Source: Camelus ferus
Taxonomy: Eukaryota
DNA: 64,000 bases
Direction of reading: 5' to 3'
NCBI RefSeq assembly: GCF_009834535.1
Contig: NC_045697.1
Location: 90,956,001 to 91,020,000, forward strand
Part shown: piece by piece, positions 53,403 through 64,000 of the stretch
How the letters are laid out: the number at the start of each line of letters is the position of its first letter
How positions within the stretch are numbered: the first letter of the stretch is position 1
Notes under the pieces: generated by a model
Databases searched by the model: none
The model's input: only the letters and a program-made list of their open reading frames with translations
Told to the model about the DNA's origin: nothing
Position numbers and translations under genes: made by a program

Positions 53403-54668
53403 ATACACAGTTGATACTGAAAATATTTAACAAATGATACAGTGTATTCATCTACCAATGCCACCTATAAACAACCAGTACAATTGTACTGAAACATAAA
53501 GACTGTAAAGATGCAGAATCCATGTCTTAGATGAGGAAGCAGAGATTCAGAGGTACAAAGAATAGGATGAGGGAGCCAGTCAAGAGTGAGAGAAGAGCAG
53601 GACTAGGTTGTGAGTGAGAGAGCGAAGTGAAGAGAGTACTCAGTATCAGAGCTATCTTCAAGTTCAGGGGCTTTCTTTCCCCTGAGGGCTATCTGTACCA
53701 TGGTTTTTCTGAGATCCCTGTTTCCCTTATGGCTTCATTGATTCTTCCACTAAACCACTCTCCTCCCTTTAAAATCTACCTTGAGAGGCTCTGTTAGTAG
53801 AAACTAAAGCTAGCTAACTAAAGTGAATGGGATTATACTATATATAGCATTTTGTAAGTTGCTATAACTTTGTTTTTCTCTTATCAATAGACATCTTTCA
53901 TGTCACTAGATAGTAGAATAACGTCATCGTGCTTGTGGCACATGGCATTTGTGTTAGATGCCTCTAGCTGTCACACCTCACATCCTCTCAGCCCCAGTTT
54001 TACTGCAACCATTGCACAAGTGTTACCTTACATGTACCTGCTTTACCCGCGCTGCTTCTGCCCTGGAATTCTCATACTCCCCGTGGGACACCTGCGGGGA
54101 CCCGTTTAGCACTTGAGCATGGGCAGACTTGAAGTGTGAGGATGTTAATCCTAATGTGAAAACCTTTACCAGAAGTGGATGAGAGCTGCTGGAGATTGCT
54201 TCCCGATTCTATCTTATAGAGAAGCGTGGTCTCCGTGGCTCCTTGGAGGCCCCCCAGTCAGATCGAGCTCGGGTTTCCTGTCGTTTCTGGTTGGATAGTG
54301 TACCTTTATCTTGGGTTTTCCTTCCTCCTTGTTCCGTTCCTCCTGGCCCCTCACTACTATTCCCTAGGTTCACCTGCCAAAATAAACTACTTGAACACAA
54401 GCCCTTTTGGCCTCTGTTTTCAGGCTGGAACCCGGTCTGAGACAGTTTTGCTTTGCCTAGATGTATCCTTATTTACTAATTATTTCCTTATTAATGGATA
54501 CTTAAATTGTTTCCTTTTTTCATTGTTGTAAACAATTTGTGATGGACATTCTTGTAAATACATCTTTGCATACTTGATGCTTATCTTCTTAGAAAAAATT
54601 CTAAGGTAAATTGCTGAGTCTATTACTGATCAACAGGCACATACATTTTAAGGGTTTTTGATACACAA

Positions 54669-55044
54669 TGGAGCAAAAACATTTGTATTTAACAGTTTCA
54701 TATGTTTCTCAAAAAAATTAGCCACTAACCTGAGTACATAATCTATTTGTACCTTAATGACTGATTAGATGTTGAAGGTTGGCTGCCTTCCGTAACTATA
54801 AACTAGCAGCTCATTTGTGACCAAGGTGGTGAGACTTGCTTCACTTGGTCCAAATAAAACTTAGTGCTGAGTTCTTTGGGTTTAGCTTTGCTTACCACAC
54901 CTTGAATCTTTGTAACACTATGAAATAAGTAGCAGCAAGAGATTTAAAAGATGAAAATTAAATTAAGAGGCTTACTTTAATTATTATAAAATGATTATGC
55001 TAGTATTGTTGCTGCTCAAGAAAGTTTTCAAAGACACAAAGACC
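54669..55044 (+). repeat. 376-bp direct repeat, copy 2
   Basis: Partner of 50684-51059. Confidence 0.97.
54769..54928 (+). pseudogene. Relic exon candidate inside the duplicated 376-bp segment
   Basis: CTGATTAG|ATG...ATAA|GTAGCA, 160 nt. Phase 0-1 fits both neighbours (53243-53333 and 55146), but there are 6 stops. Confidence 0.35.
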
Positions 55045-55145
55045 TTTAATTTAATTTCTAATGGTTAAGCTTTAAGTTTGCTACAAGAAAATTTTTCTTG
55101 AGAGAAAAAAAAGGGGCACCAACACTTTACATATCTCTGTGTCAG

Positions 55146-55299
55146 TCTCACTGAAAAAAGTCACCAGTAGCCCTAAGTCTCTCTTTCTCGAAGATGTTTC
55201 AGAGTTAACCCAAGATAGGCCTCCTAAATTCTGTGCCCTTGGTGAAGGTGTCTCTCACCTTCTACTTTACTGCAGTGAAAATAAATTGGAAGTTATCAA
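55146..55299 (+). pseudogene. Relic exon candidate, fully open
   Basis: CTCTGTGTCAG|...AA|GTAAGC. SLKKVTSSPKSLFLEDVSELTQDRPPKFCALGEGVSHLLLYCSENKLEVI joins in phase across a 111-nt intron to 55411 (N-AHGGDLYLTIDGDCGFH). Confidence 0.65.
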
Positions 55300-56317
55300 G
55301 TAAGCAAACAAAGTTGTATAAGTTTTGATAACATATCATATTAAATACATTCTTATGGTTGTATTACCTCGATTGCTTACATACACCTTAGAAATCTTTG
55401 TATTTTTCAGTGCACATGGAGGTGACTTATACTTGACAATAGATGGTGATTGTGGATTCCACTAAGGAAGGGGTGCTTAGTAGATTGGTTAGAAATCTAG
55501 CTGTTTCCACAGAAAAGAAAATCCTACTGACATTGTTTTGACTTACAGCATTTTTCCCACTATCTTTACGTACAATAAAAATATTGGGCGTGAGCTTCTT
55601 AGTTAAGAGTGAAAATATTTGTAATGACATTTTTTTCTATGGGAAAATTAGTCTATTTACTTTATGTTGATTTAAAATAACTTTTCCATGAACTTAATCC
55701 ACATAAATGAAGGAATTTCTTGTCTCACTAATCTATCTTTGTACAAACTTATAGGATATGTGATCAAAAATATAATACAGTTTAAAATTGCTTCTGAATA
55801 CTATTCCTGTTGATTGAATTTGGCCAGAAGAGATGGAGCCAGAACTTAGAGCCTGAGACATGACAGTTGGGAGTTCAAGGTAGGCTATGTGGAGCCATCT
55901 GAAGATTTTGAGAATTGAACTAATCCGAATAAATCAGTATTTTCAAAACTATAATCTGGTTAGGATGTACATTTTAGATTGAAAGAAGATTAGGAGATCA
56001 GTTCAAAAACTGGTTTAGATGATGAAGGCCTGGGCTCAATGTGCTGGCTCTAGAAGCAAACATAAAGGGGATAATGGGGTGAAAGAGACATCTGAAAGGA
56101 CATAGCATGCTGAATAATAGAGGGGCTTGGAAAAAATGATCAGAAGGACTGTGACTTTGTGTTTGAGTGGCTAAGGGCACGGACTTTGGCTTTTCCACCA
56201 CTGTATCTTTAATGTCTAAATCAGGGTTTGGCACAGAGTAGGTAAATATTTGCTAAAAGAGAGAAGGGCATTTATATTACCAGAAATGAGATGAAATTAC
56301 CCACGAGTCTTTTGCAG

Positions 56318-56680
56318 ATTAATTCCTCACTTGATATTTGTGAATCATCCACCTGAGATTCTGCAAATATTTACCAAGCACATAGTGTGGGCTTTTTCTC
56401 CCACCAGCAGACCTGATTTGACAGATTTGTTTTGTAGCATGTGCATCATGTTAGCTTTCATCTCCCTCTAGGAGTGAATTTTAGTCTCCCCAAGGGGTGA
56501 TGCCTATATGACTCTTCCTTCATCTTTGGAGCAACAAAATGATTTGCTAGTAGACCTGGCTGCTTATTTACTTCCTCTACAAAGTCATGAAGAGAAACAT
56601 GTTGTATTGGTGTTACCTTGCTTTGCATGGTTTATGGGAACTGGAGGAAAGGATCGACTTGCAGGGAGGAAGCCTAAAGT
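56318..56680 (+). pseudogene. Relic exon candidate (~120 codons, 2 stops)
   Basis: Acceptor GTCTTTTGCAG. LIPHLIFVNHPPEILQIFTKHIVWAFSPTSRPDLTDLFCSMCIMLAFISL*E*ILVSPRGDAYMTLPSSLEQQNDLLVDLAAYLLPLQSHEEKHVVLVLPCFAWFMGTGGKDRLAGRKPK. Confidence 0.65.
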
Positions 56681-57136
56681 GTGAGAACTTATAACCACAA
56701 ATTCCTCATTAAACAAGGATTATGGAATGCAAGGATGATCTAGAAAGCTAAAGTCCCCGTCCTCAAGAAACTCAGGTAGAGGAGGCCAAAATAGTATGGT
56801 AGGAAGAGTCTAAATAGGAAATAAATAAATCTTATATGACATTGAGCAAGTAACAACTTTCCTGGGTCTCATTTTCTTCATAGGTTAAAAAAGAGAGTCT
56901 TGGCTTAGGCATTGTCTAATATTTTTTTCCAGCCCTAAAGTTGACCATTCTTTTTCTGACCTTAAATGCATTAATGAAAATATGATCTACTCTTCACCAT
57001 GGCTTTGATCAGCTGCCTTCTGAATACTTACCCTGTGTTTTCTATTCCTTTTAGCACTTCCTTTAAGTCCTTTCCATTTTGACTGTGTCCCATAGCTTGT
57101 TATCATGGCACAACTCCTCTTCATTTTGTTGAGACT

Positions 57137-58003
57137 TAATATCACTAATTATCAGAGAAATGCAAATCAAAACTACAATGAGGTATCACCTGACACCAGT
57201 CAGAATGGCCATCATTCAGAAGTCCACAAATGGTAAGTGCTGAAGAGGGTGTGGAGAAAAGGGAACCCTCCTACACTATTGGTGGGAATGTAGTTTGGTG
57301 CAGCCATTATGGAAAACAGTGTGGTGATTCCTCAAAAAACTAAGAATAGATTTACCATATGACCTAGTAATCCCACTCCGGGGCATATGTCCGAAGGGAA
57401 TTTTAATTTGAAAAGATGCATGCATTCCAATGTTCATAGCAGCACTATTTACAATAGCCAAGACATGGAAGCAACCTAAATGTCCATCGACAGATGCCTG
57501 GATAAAGAAGCTGTGGTATATTTATACAATGGAATACTACTGAGTTATAAAAAAGAATAAAATAATGCCATTTGCAGCAACATGGATGGATCTGGAGATC
57601 ATCATTCTAAGTGAAGTAAGCCAGAAAGAGAAAGAAAAATACCATATTATAGGACTCATATGTGTAATCTAAAAAAAAAAAAAAAAAAGAACTCATCTAC
57701 AAAACGGAAACAGATTCACAGACATAGTAAACAATCTTATGGTTACCGCAGAAAGTGAGTGAGAAGGGATAAATTTGGGAGTTTGAGATTTACAAATGTT
57801 AGCCATTATGTATAAAAATAGATTTTAAAAAATTTCTTCTGTATAGCACAGGGAACTGTGTTCAATATCTTGAAATAATCTTTAATGAAAAAGAATATGA
57901 AAATGAATATATGTGTGTATATGCATGAATAGGACATTGTGCTGTACACCAGAAATTGACACATTGTAAATGACTGTACTTCAACTCAAAAAAAAAAAAA
58001 AAA
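57137..58003 (+). mobile_element. 5'-truncated lineage-specific L1 (ORF2 C-terminus + 3'UTR + poly-A)
   Basis: GAAATGCAAATCAAAACTACAATGAGGTATCACC, GCACTATTTACAATAGCCAAGACATGGAAGCAACCTAAATGTCC, poly-A at ~57988-58003. Confidence 0.93.
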
Positions 58004-60684
58004 CTATGTAGAAAAGAAAAATTCTAGGTTGGAAATAGTTTTCTTTTGATTTTGAAGCTATTATTCCTTCATCTTCTAATTTTAAGTATTGTTGAGATGT
58101 CTAAAGCCATTCTGATTCCTCATATTTTTTACATGTGATTTAAGAAGAAAATCTCTGCACAGTTTATTTTCTCAGTGTTTTGACATTTCATAATGATGTC
58201 CCTTGGTGTGGATCTGTTTTCATCAATTAAACCAGGCATTTCTGTAGCCCTTTTAATCTGTAAATTCATATTCTTCAGCATGTTAGATTATGTAGTTGAT
58301 GTTTTACTCTGGCAGCATACTTGAAGGCAGAGTTTCTTAATCAGATGAGTGTATAAAATTACTTGGTAGAATTTTAGAGACATATATGCCCAGGCCCCAG
58401 CCCTAGAATTTCTGACTGATATATCTCGGATATGGCGCTCAGTATGTATATTTTGAAAAGCTTTTGGAGTAATTCTAAGAAGCACCTCTGGAAAAGACCC
58501 ATTACTATAGGGCAACAACTCTTCAGTGTGCTCTCAGGAGTGTGGCACCATGGAGCAAAATCGTGTGGGAAAAATAGTCTTAGAAATCAAACTTGGGTCC
58601 AATGACTCCTCCCCAACCATCACATTTAGTTGCTGGGTGAGCTTGGATAAGTATTAAATGGGGTTGATGATGATGATGATGATGAAGGAGAAGGAGAAGG
58701 AGAAGGGGAAGGAAGAGAACTAGCCTGGGTTTTTATGAGATTAAATATAAAAATGCCTACCAAAGTGCATGGCAGCACAATAAGCCCTAGATATCCTCTC
58801 CTTGACCCCTACGTGTGATAGGAATAAAGTAGGTCAGGGTTAGTATTGGTTTTTGACTTCAGGGGAGCGTGTAAACCATAGCACGTGCTGTATCAGAAGG
58901 GCAGTGAGTATCAGGTAAATGTTCTGGTTGTGAGTAGTTCATACTTCACATTCTCATAGCATGTGGAAGCTTGGTTTATACTATACTGACCCACGTGTGT
59001 TTAGATCTTATGTCACTCTGTAATTGCTCTTAAATAGTCCTGATGGGCATTTTGCCTACCCACCCAGAGGACAACTTACACAGAGGTAAAGATGTCATCT
59101 GTTAACTCTTGAGTAATCCACAGTGCCTGGTACAGGGTTCTGTGTATCAGAAATTTCTTTCTTGAAGTGATAACAGTCTTACATTTACTCACTCTTCTGA
59201 TTGATTGAGGAGACAGAACATGAATAAAACAGAGCTTAGGAATTTAGAATGTGATTACCAACTCATACATCCAGCGTGATGTTTCACAGCAGTTGTCTAG
59301 ATGACAGCATGATGATACTGATTTATTGGTGCTTTGCTTTAAAAACCACTTAGGAAGATAATAGCAGTAAGTTTTTTATCTGTACTTACTGTTGCCCATT
59401 CATCCCTCTACTGTTCTGGGTGATGTTACTGGTATATGTAAAACTACAGTATGTAAAACATGCATGGTTTCCATTTTATTCATAAGATCCTTCACTGTTT
59501 GGGGAAAGCATCTTAGGAGTTTGTCTGCAAAACCTGGGATTTGTGAAAACTGCACTAACCATTCTGTCTCTATACTGTTGTTTTAATCTACAAATACTGG
59601 AGCTGCAACTTTTCCTGCTTCCAGCCAACCCTTCAGACTGGCCCCCACAATCTGAATTGGCAGGATCCAACGCGTTTATCTATCCTGTTGCTACTTTTCT
59701 GAATACAGTGGTTTTTGTATACTGACAGACTCCTTGGTTTGTCTTAAGTCTGAAGTCAAGGGAAGACTCTGTTAGCAACCAAGGACCTCTGTCCTGAATG
59801 AGTTTTTCCTCAAATTGAAAGGCTTGTCGCTATACTTGTGCTACTAAATGTATGCACACACACACACACACACACGTGTATGTATGTGTGTGTGTGTATA
59901 TATATATACACACACATAAAATACGTACACATATTTATACTACTCCCTAGATTTTTTTCTAATTGTTGAATATGTTGTGCAGTATTTAATACATTTAACA
60001 CTGAAAGCTGTCCATTTATCTTTATGTCAAAAATCTGAACATAGGGCCAGCATATACTTGAGCTCAGTGTTTGATGGTGAAATTTAACTGCAAATAAAAT
60101 AGTATACCCAACCCGCCCACCTGCTAAAATCAGATCCTTCAGGGCAGAAATCTTGACTTAATAAATTTCATATTTCCAATGCCTAAAATAGTGCCTGACA
60201 CATAATAAGCACTCAGCATAAACTTTGTTGATAAATCTTCATATTTATACATAATGCTGAGTAATGATATAGGCCAGTAGTTCTTTGGGATGCTGAGCAC
60301 TTATTCATTTTAAAAATAGAACATTAGTTTTCCTCAGACTTCTGAGAATTTGTGGTCCTCTAGACATTTAATAGGAGATATCTGTAGTCATCTTGCATTA
60401 CCAAAAATTTTATGAATTTGGGGTTTATGTTACTTGACTTTGCTACTTTTCAATTCAATACAACAAATATTCACCAGATGCCTTCTAATTTCAAAATTCT
60501 TTGAAATTCTACTGTAATGGCGAATTTATCTACAAACGGGGCAGTTAAGTTAAGGATAACATTTGATAATTCAAGCAATTTACAGATACTTGTGTTGATA
60601 AGTATACTTTAATCAAAAGTATTTTTACTATGGAATATCTTAGAATTTCATTGCATCTAAAAGTGATTTAGCTGCCAAATGATC

Positions 60685-61376
60685 TTTTTTATTGTGGTTA
60701 AATTCACATAAGGTAAAAGTCACCATTTTAACCATTTTAAGTGTACATTTCGGTGGCGTTTGGGACTCTCACAATGTCATACTATTGTTACTACTATTAG
60801 TGTTGGACATTTTCATCACTCCAAAAGGAAACAGGAGACATTAAGCAGTCACTCCCATTCTCCCATCTCCACAGCTCCTAGCAACTGATCTGTTCTCTGT
60901 CTACAAATTTGCCTACTCTAGATGTTTCGTATAAATGGAATCATACAGTATGTGGCCTTTTGTGACTAGCTTCTTCTATTAGCATGTTTTCTGGGTTCAT
61001 CAGTGTTGTAGCATGTATCAGTACTTCACTCCATTGTAAGACTGAATAATATTCCATTGTGTATATATACTGCATTCTATTTATCCATTCATCTGTTGAT
61101 GGACATCTGTGATTTCCCCACCCTTTGGTGTGAATGGTTGGTGTTTCTGTGAATATTCGTGTGTAAGTGTCTGAGTCCTTATTTTCAGTTCTTTTGGTGT
61201 ATACCTAAGAGTGAAATTGCTGGGTCATATGGTAATCCTATGTCTGACTTATTAAGGAATTGCCAAAAGGTATCACCATTTTATATTCCCACCAGCAATG
61301 TATGAGACTTTCAGTTTCTCTATATCCTCATCAACACTGTTATTTTCTGTTTTTTTTTTTTTTTAATATAGCCACC
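60685..61376 (-). mobile_element. Old L1 3' fragment (L1MB-like)
   Basis: TAAATGGAATCATACAGTATGTGGCC, TTATCCATTCATCTGTTGATGGACAT, CCCACCAGCAATGTATGAG. Confidence 0.85.
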
Positions 61377-61423
61377 TTACAAATGATTTTAAACTTTGTT
61401 ATAAATTCTTATTCTTCTGTGAG

Positions 61424-61654
61424 GCATATTTGCAACTCTACATGGTGTATTTTCTGGGATATCTTTGAGTTTTGGTCTGTTTGTGCACTAAGGACATTTG
61501 TTCTTTGGGAAGAGGAAGCAGGATGCTCGGAGTGATTTCCTGGTTAATGTTTAACAATGCTCTTCGACTGCTCAGCACTGTGTTGTTTGGGTGTCTGGGA
61601 GTGTTGCTGTTGATTGCTGTGGACAGTTCTCATCTTTGTAGGGAAGATTTACAG
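61424..61654 (+). pseudogene. Relic exon candidate
   Basis: 231 nt with one frame carrying a single TGA in 77 codons. Splice sites are weaker. Confidence 0.35.
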
Positions 61655-61829
61655 GTTTATAGCTAGAGTGAAGACTGTTCTTGGAGCTATTTTTACCACA
61701 TCCAGATAACTCTATTGCAACAGATATAGGATGAGTAATCATTCTTACTATTTTGATATCGGAAAGAGTACATTAGTAATAACTCCACTCTTCTGCTGAA
61801 GTGAAGCAGTGTCTTGCTGTGTTAGAAAA

Positions 61830-64000
61830 TTATTTTATTTTATTTTATTTATTTTTTAACATTTTTTATTGAGTAAGAGTCATTTTACTACAATGTTGTG
61901 TCAAATTCTAGTGTAGAGCACAATTATTCAGTTATATATGAATATATATATATTCATTGTCACATTTTTTTTTGCTATGAGCTACCACAAGATCTTGTTT
62001 ATATTTCCCTGTGCTATACAGTATAATCATATTTATCTATTCTGCATTTTAAAATCCCAGTCTTTCCCTTCCCACCCCCAACCCCCTTGGCAACCACAAG
62101 TTTGTATTCTATGTCTATGAGTCTATTTCTGTTTTGTATTTATGTTTTGTTTTGTTTTGTTTTGTTTTGAGATTGCTCATATGAGCGATCTCATATGGTA
62201 CTTTTCTTTCTCTTTCTGTCTTACTTCACTTAGAATGACATTCTCCAGGAACATCCATGTTGCTGCAAATGGCATTACATTGTCAGTTTTTATGGCTGAA
62301 TAGTATTCCATCATATAAATATACCACCGCTTCTTTACTCAGTCATCTGTTGATGGACATTTAGGCTGTCTCCATGTCTTGGCTATTGTAAATAGTGCTG
62401 CTGTGAACATTGGGGTGCAGGTGTCATTTTGAAGTAGGGTTCCTTCTGGATTTATGCCCAGGAGTGGGATTCCTGGGTCACATGGTAAGTCTGTTCCTAG
62501 TCTTTTGAGGAATCTCCATACTGTTTTCCACAATGGCTTTCCTTGCTTCCCTCTCCCACTCTTAATGATTTAGATGTCTTCTTTTACAATTTTGTGTTTA
62601 TTCTTTTTGTAATTCATGGCAGTTATCTCCTTTCCAGTTATGAGTTTCTCATTTTTGTAGCATCCTGCTTCTTTTCTATTTAGAGTAGACCTGTCAATAT
62701 TTCTTTTAGCATGGGTTTAGTGTTGCTAAACTCTTTTAGTTTTTGCTTGTCTATGAAGTTTTTATCTCTCCTTCTATTCTAAAGGATAGCCTTGCTGGAT
62801 AGAGTATCCTAGGCTGCATCTTTTTTTCATTCAGGACTTTGAATATATCTTGCCACTCCCTTCTGGCCTGTAGTGTTTGTGTAGAGAAATCAGCTGAGAG
62901 CCTTATGGGGGTTCCCTTGTACCTCACTCTTTGTTTTCCTCTTGCTGCCTTTAGGAACATTTCTTTATCCTTGACTCTGGCCATCTTGATTGTAATATGT
63001 CTTGGTGTGGGTCTGTTTGGGTTCTTCCTGTTTGGGACCGTCTGAACCTCCTGTACTTGGATATCTGATTCCTTTAGGTTTGGGAAGTTTTCAGTCATGA
63101 TTTCTTCAAATACCTTTTCAATCCCCTTTGTTCTTTCTTCCCCTTCTGGAACCCCTATTTTGCGTAGATTGGCACACTTTATATTATCCCATAGGTCCCT
63201 TATATTGTTTTCATTGTTTTTTGTTTTTCTTTCAGCTGTTCTGATTGGGTGCTTTCTATTGTCCTGTCTTCTAGGTCACTTATTCGTTCCTCTGCATTAT
63301 CTAGCCTGCTTTGTACAGCCTTTAGGTCAGCTCTCATCTCAGCAAATGAGTTTACTAATTCTACTTGGTTCTTCTTTATAGCTTCTATTTCATTTTTGAC
63401 ATATTTTATATCTCTAAACACTATTTCTTTTATTTCCTTCAGTACTTTGATCACTCCTTTTTTGAAATCTTGATCTAGTAGGCCATCAATGTCTATTTCC
63501 TTGATGGTGCTTTCAGGGGATTTCTCTTGATCTTTTAATTGGGAGTGGTTCCTCTGCTTCTTCATATTGCTCATATCTCTCTGGCACTGTGGCTTAAGGA
63601 GTATCAGTTATCTAGTTCTCCTGGAGACGCTGTGCTTTTAATGATTTTATTGAGAGGTCTTTGTGTCTTCGGCCTCTTTCTCAAACTCAGCTTGCTGTTT
63701 CCAGAGGCCCTCTGTTGGCACCCTCTCCTGTGCTGCTCCCAGTGGCTGTCAGCTAGCAGATCATGCCCCCTGCCAACACTGGGTCTCAGGTGCTAAGCTC
63801 TTATCTGGTGGGCAGGTGGGTCACTCCCCCTCCCGATGCTGCAGTCAGATGCTGCACTCGGAGGAGGCAGGTGGGCGGATCGTGCCCTCTCCCAGCACTG
63901 TGGTCAGGTGCTGCGTTCCTGCCAGGAAAGCGGGTTGCCGCCCACCCTTTCCCGGCGCTGGGTCGCTGCACTGCTCTGTGCAGCTGCCTGCTCTGCCTCA
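61830..64000 (-). mobile_element. L1 with 5'UTR, ORF1, short spacer, then only the last ~120 codons of ORF2 and the 3'UTR (ORF2 almost entirely missing); 5' end beyond window
   Basis: ORF1 peptides (AEERISDLED, ENFPNL, RPTPRHI, GTPIRLSADFS, QPRILYPARLSF, ending KEILTGLL*) lie only ~145 nt from the ORF2-end motif LWKTVWRFLK...TWRQPKCPS. (TTTTA)n tail at 61830. Confidence 0.93.
62680..63574 (-). pseudogene. L1 ORF1 (RNA-binding protein), disrupted by two frameshifts
   Basis: ORF-track pieces 63574..63200 and 63098..62751. Terminal GGT CTA CTC TAA ends at 62680. Confidence 0.9.

Larger units (their letters stand above)
13862..61654 (+). pseudogene. Candidate decayed multi-exon protein-coding gene (unitary pseudogene) of unknown identity, divergent from PGRMC2; may extend beyond the window
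   Basis: About 20 non-repeat blocks bounded by polypyrimidine-AG and GT donors. Two runs chain in consistent phase. Several blocks are fully or nearly open in the chained frame, and many stops are TGA. No homolog recognised. Confidence 0.6.

Noticed and set aside
50684..55044. Two LTRs of a 4.4-kb provirus
   Set aside because: No terminal CA, TSD, PBS or PPT. The interior holds older repeats and unique sequence rather than gag/pol.
1..64000. CRISPR arrays, rRNA, prokaryotic operons or defence systems
   Set aside because: The sequence is clearly mammalian; no spaced direct-repeat arrays or dense ORFs are present.

Overview
Mammalian genomic DNA, probably camelid (judged from a Vic-1-like tRNA-derived SINE and the L1 3' ends). 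The only intact gene segment is PGRMC2 exon 1 (minus strand, coding 9380..8963) in a CpG island at about 8.75-10.25 kb. Intron 1 fills the window to the left, and the later exons lie outside it. The remaining ~54 kb looks like repeat-rich intergenic DNA (MIR, L2, L1, MaLR/ERV LTRs, hAT/Tigger fossils). Its unique segments, however, repeatedly form AG...GT-bounded blocks on the + strand. These chain in phase into a long protein-like reading frame broken by stops, many of them TGA. I interpret this as a candidate decayed multi-exon gene (unitary pseudogene) head-to-head with PGRMC2, which I cannot name. Also present: a U6-L1 chimeric retrocopy, an ORF1-only L1 lacking almost all of ORF2, two short local templated duplications, a MER41-like solo LTR, and a candidate uORF whose stop overlaps the PGRMC2 ATG. 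Repeat family names are from recognition by eye, not from a database search.
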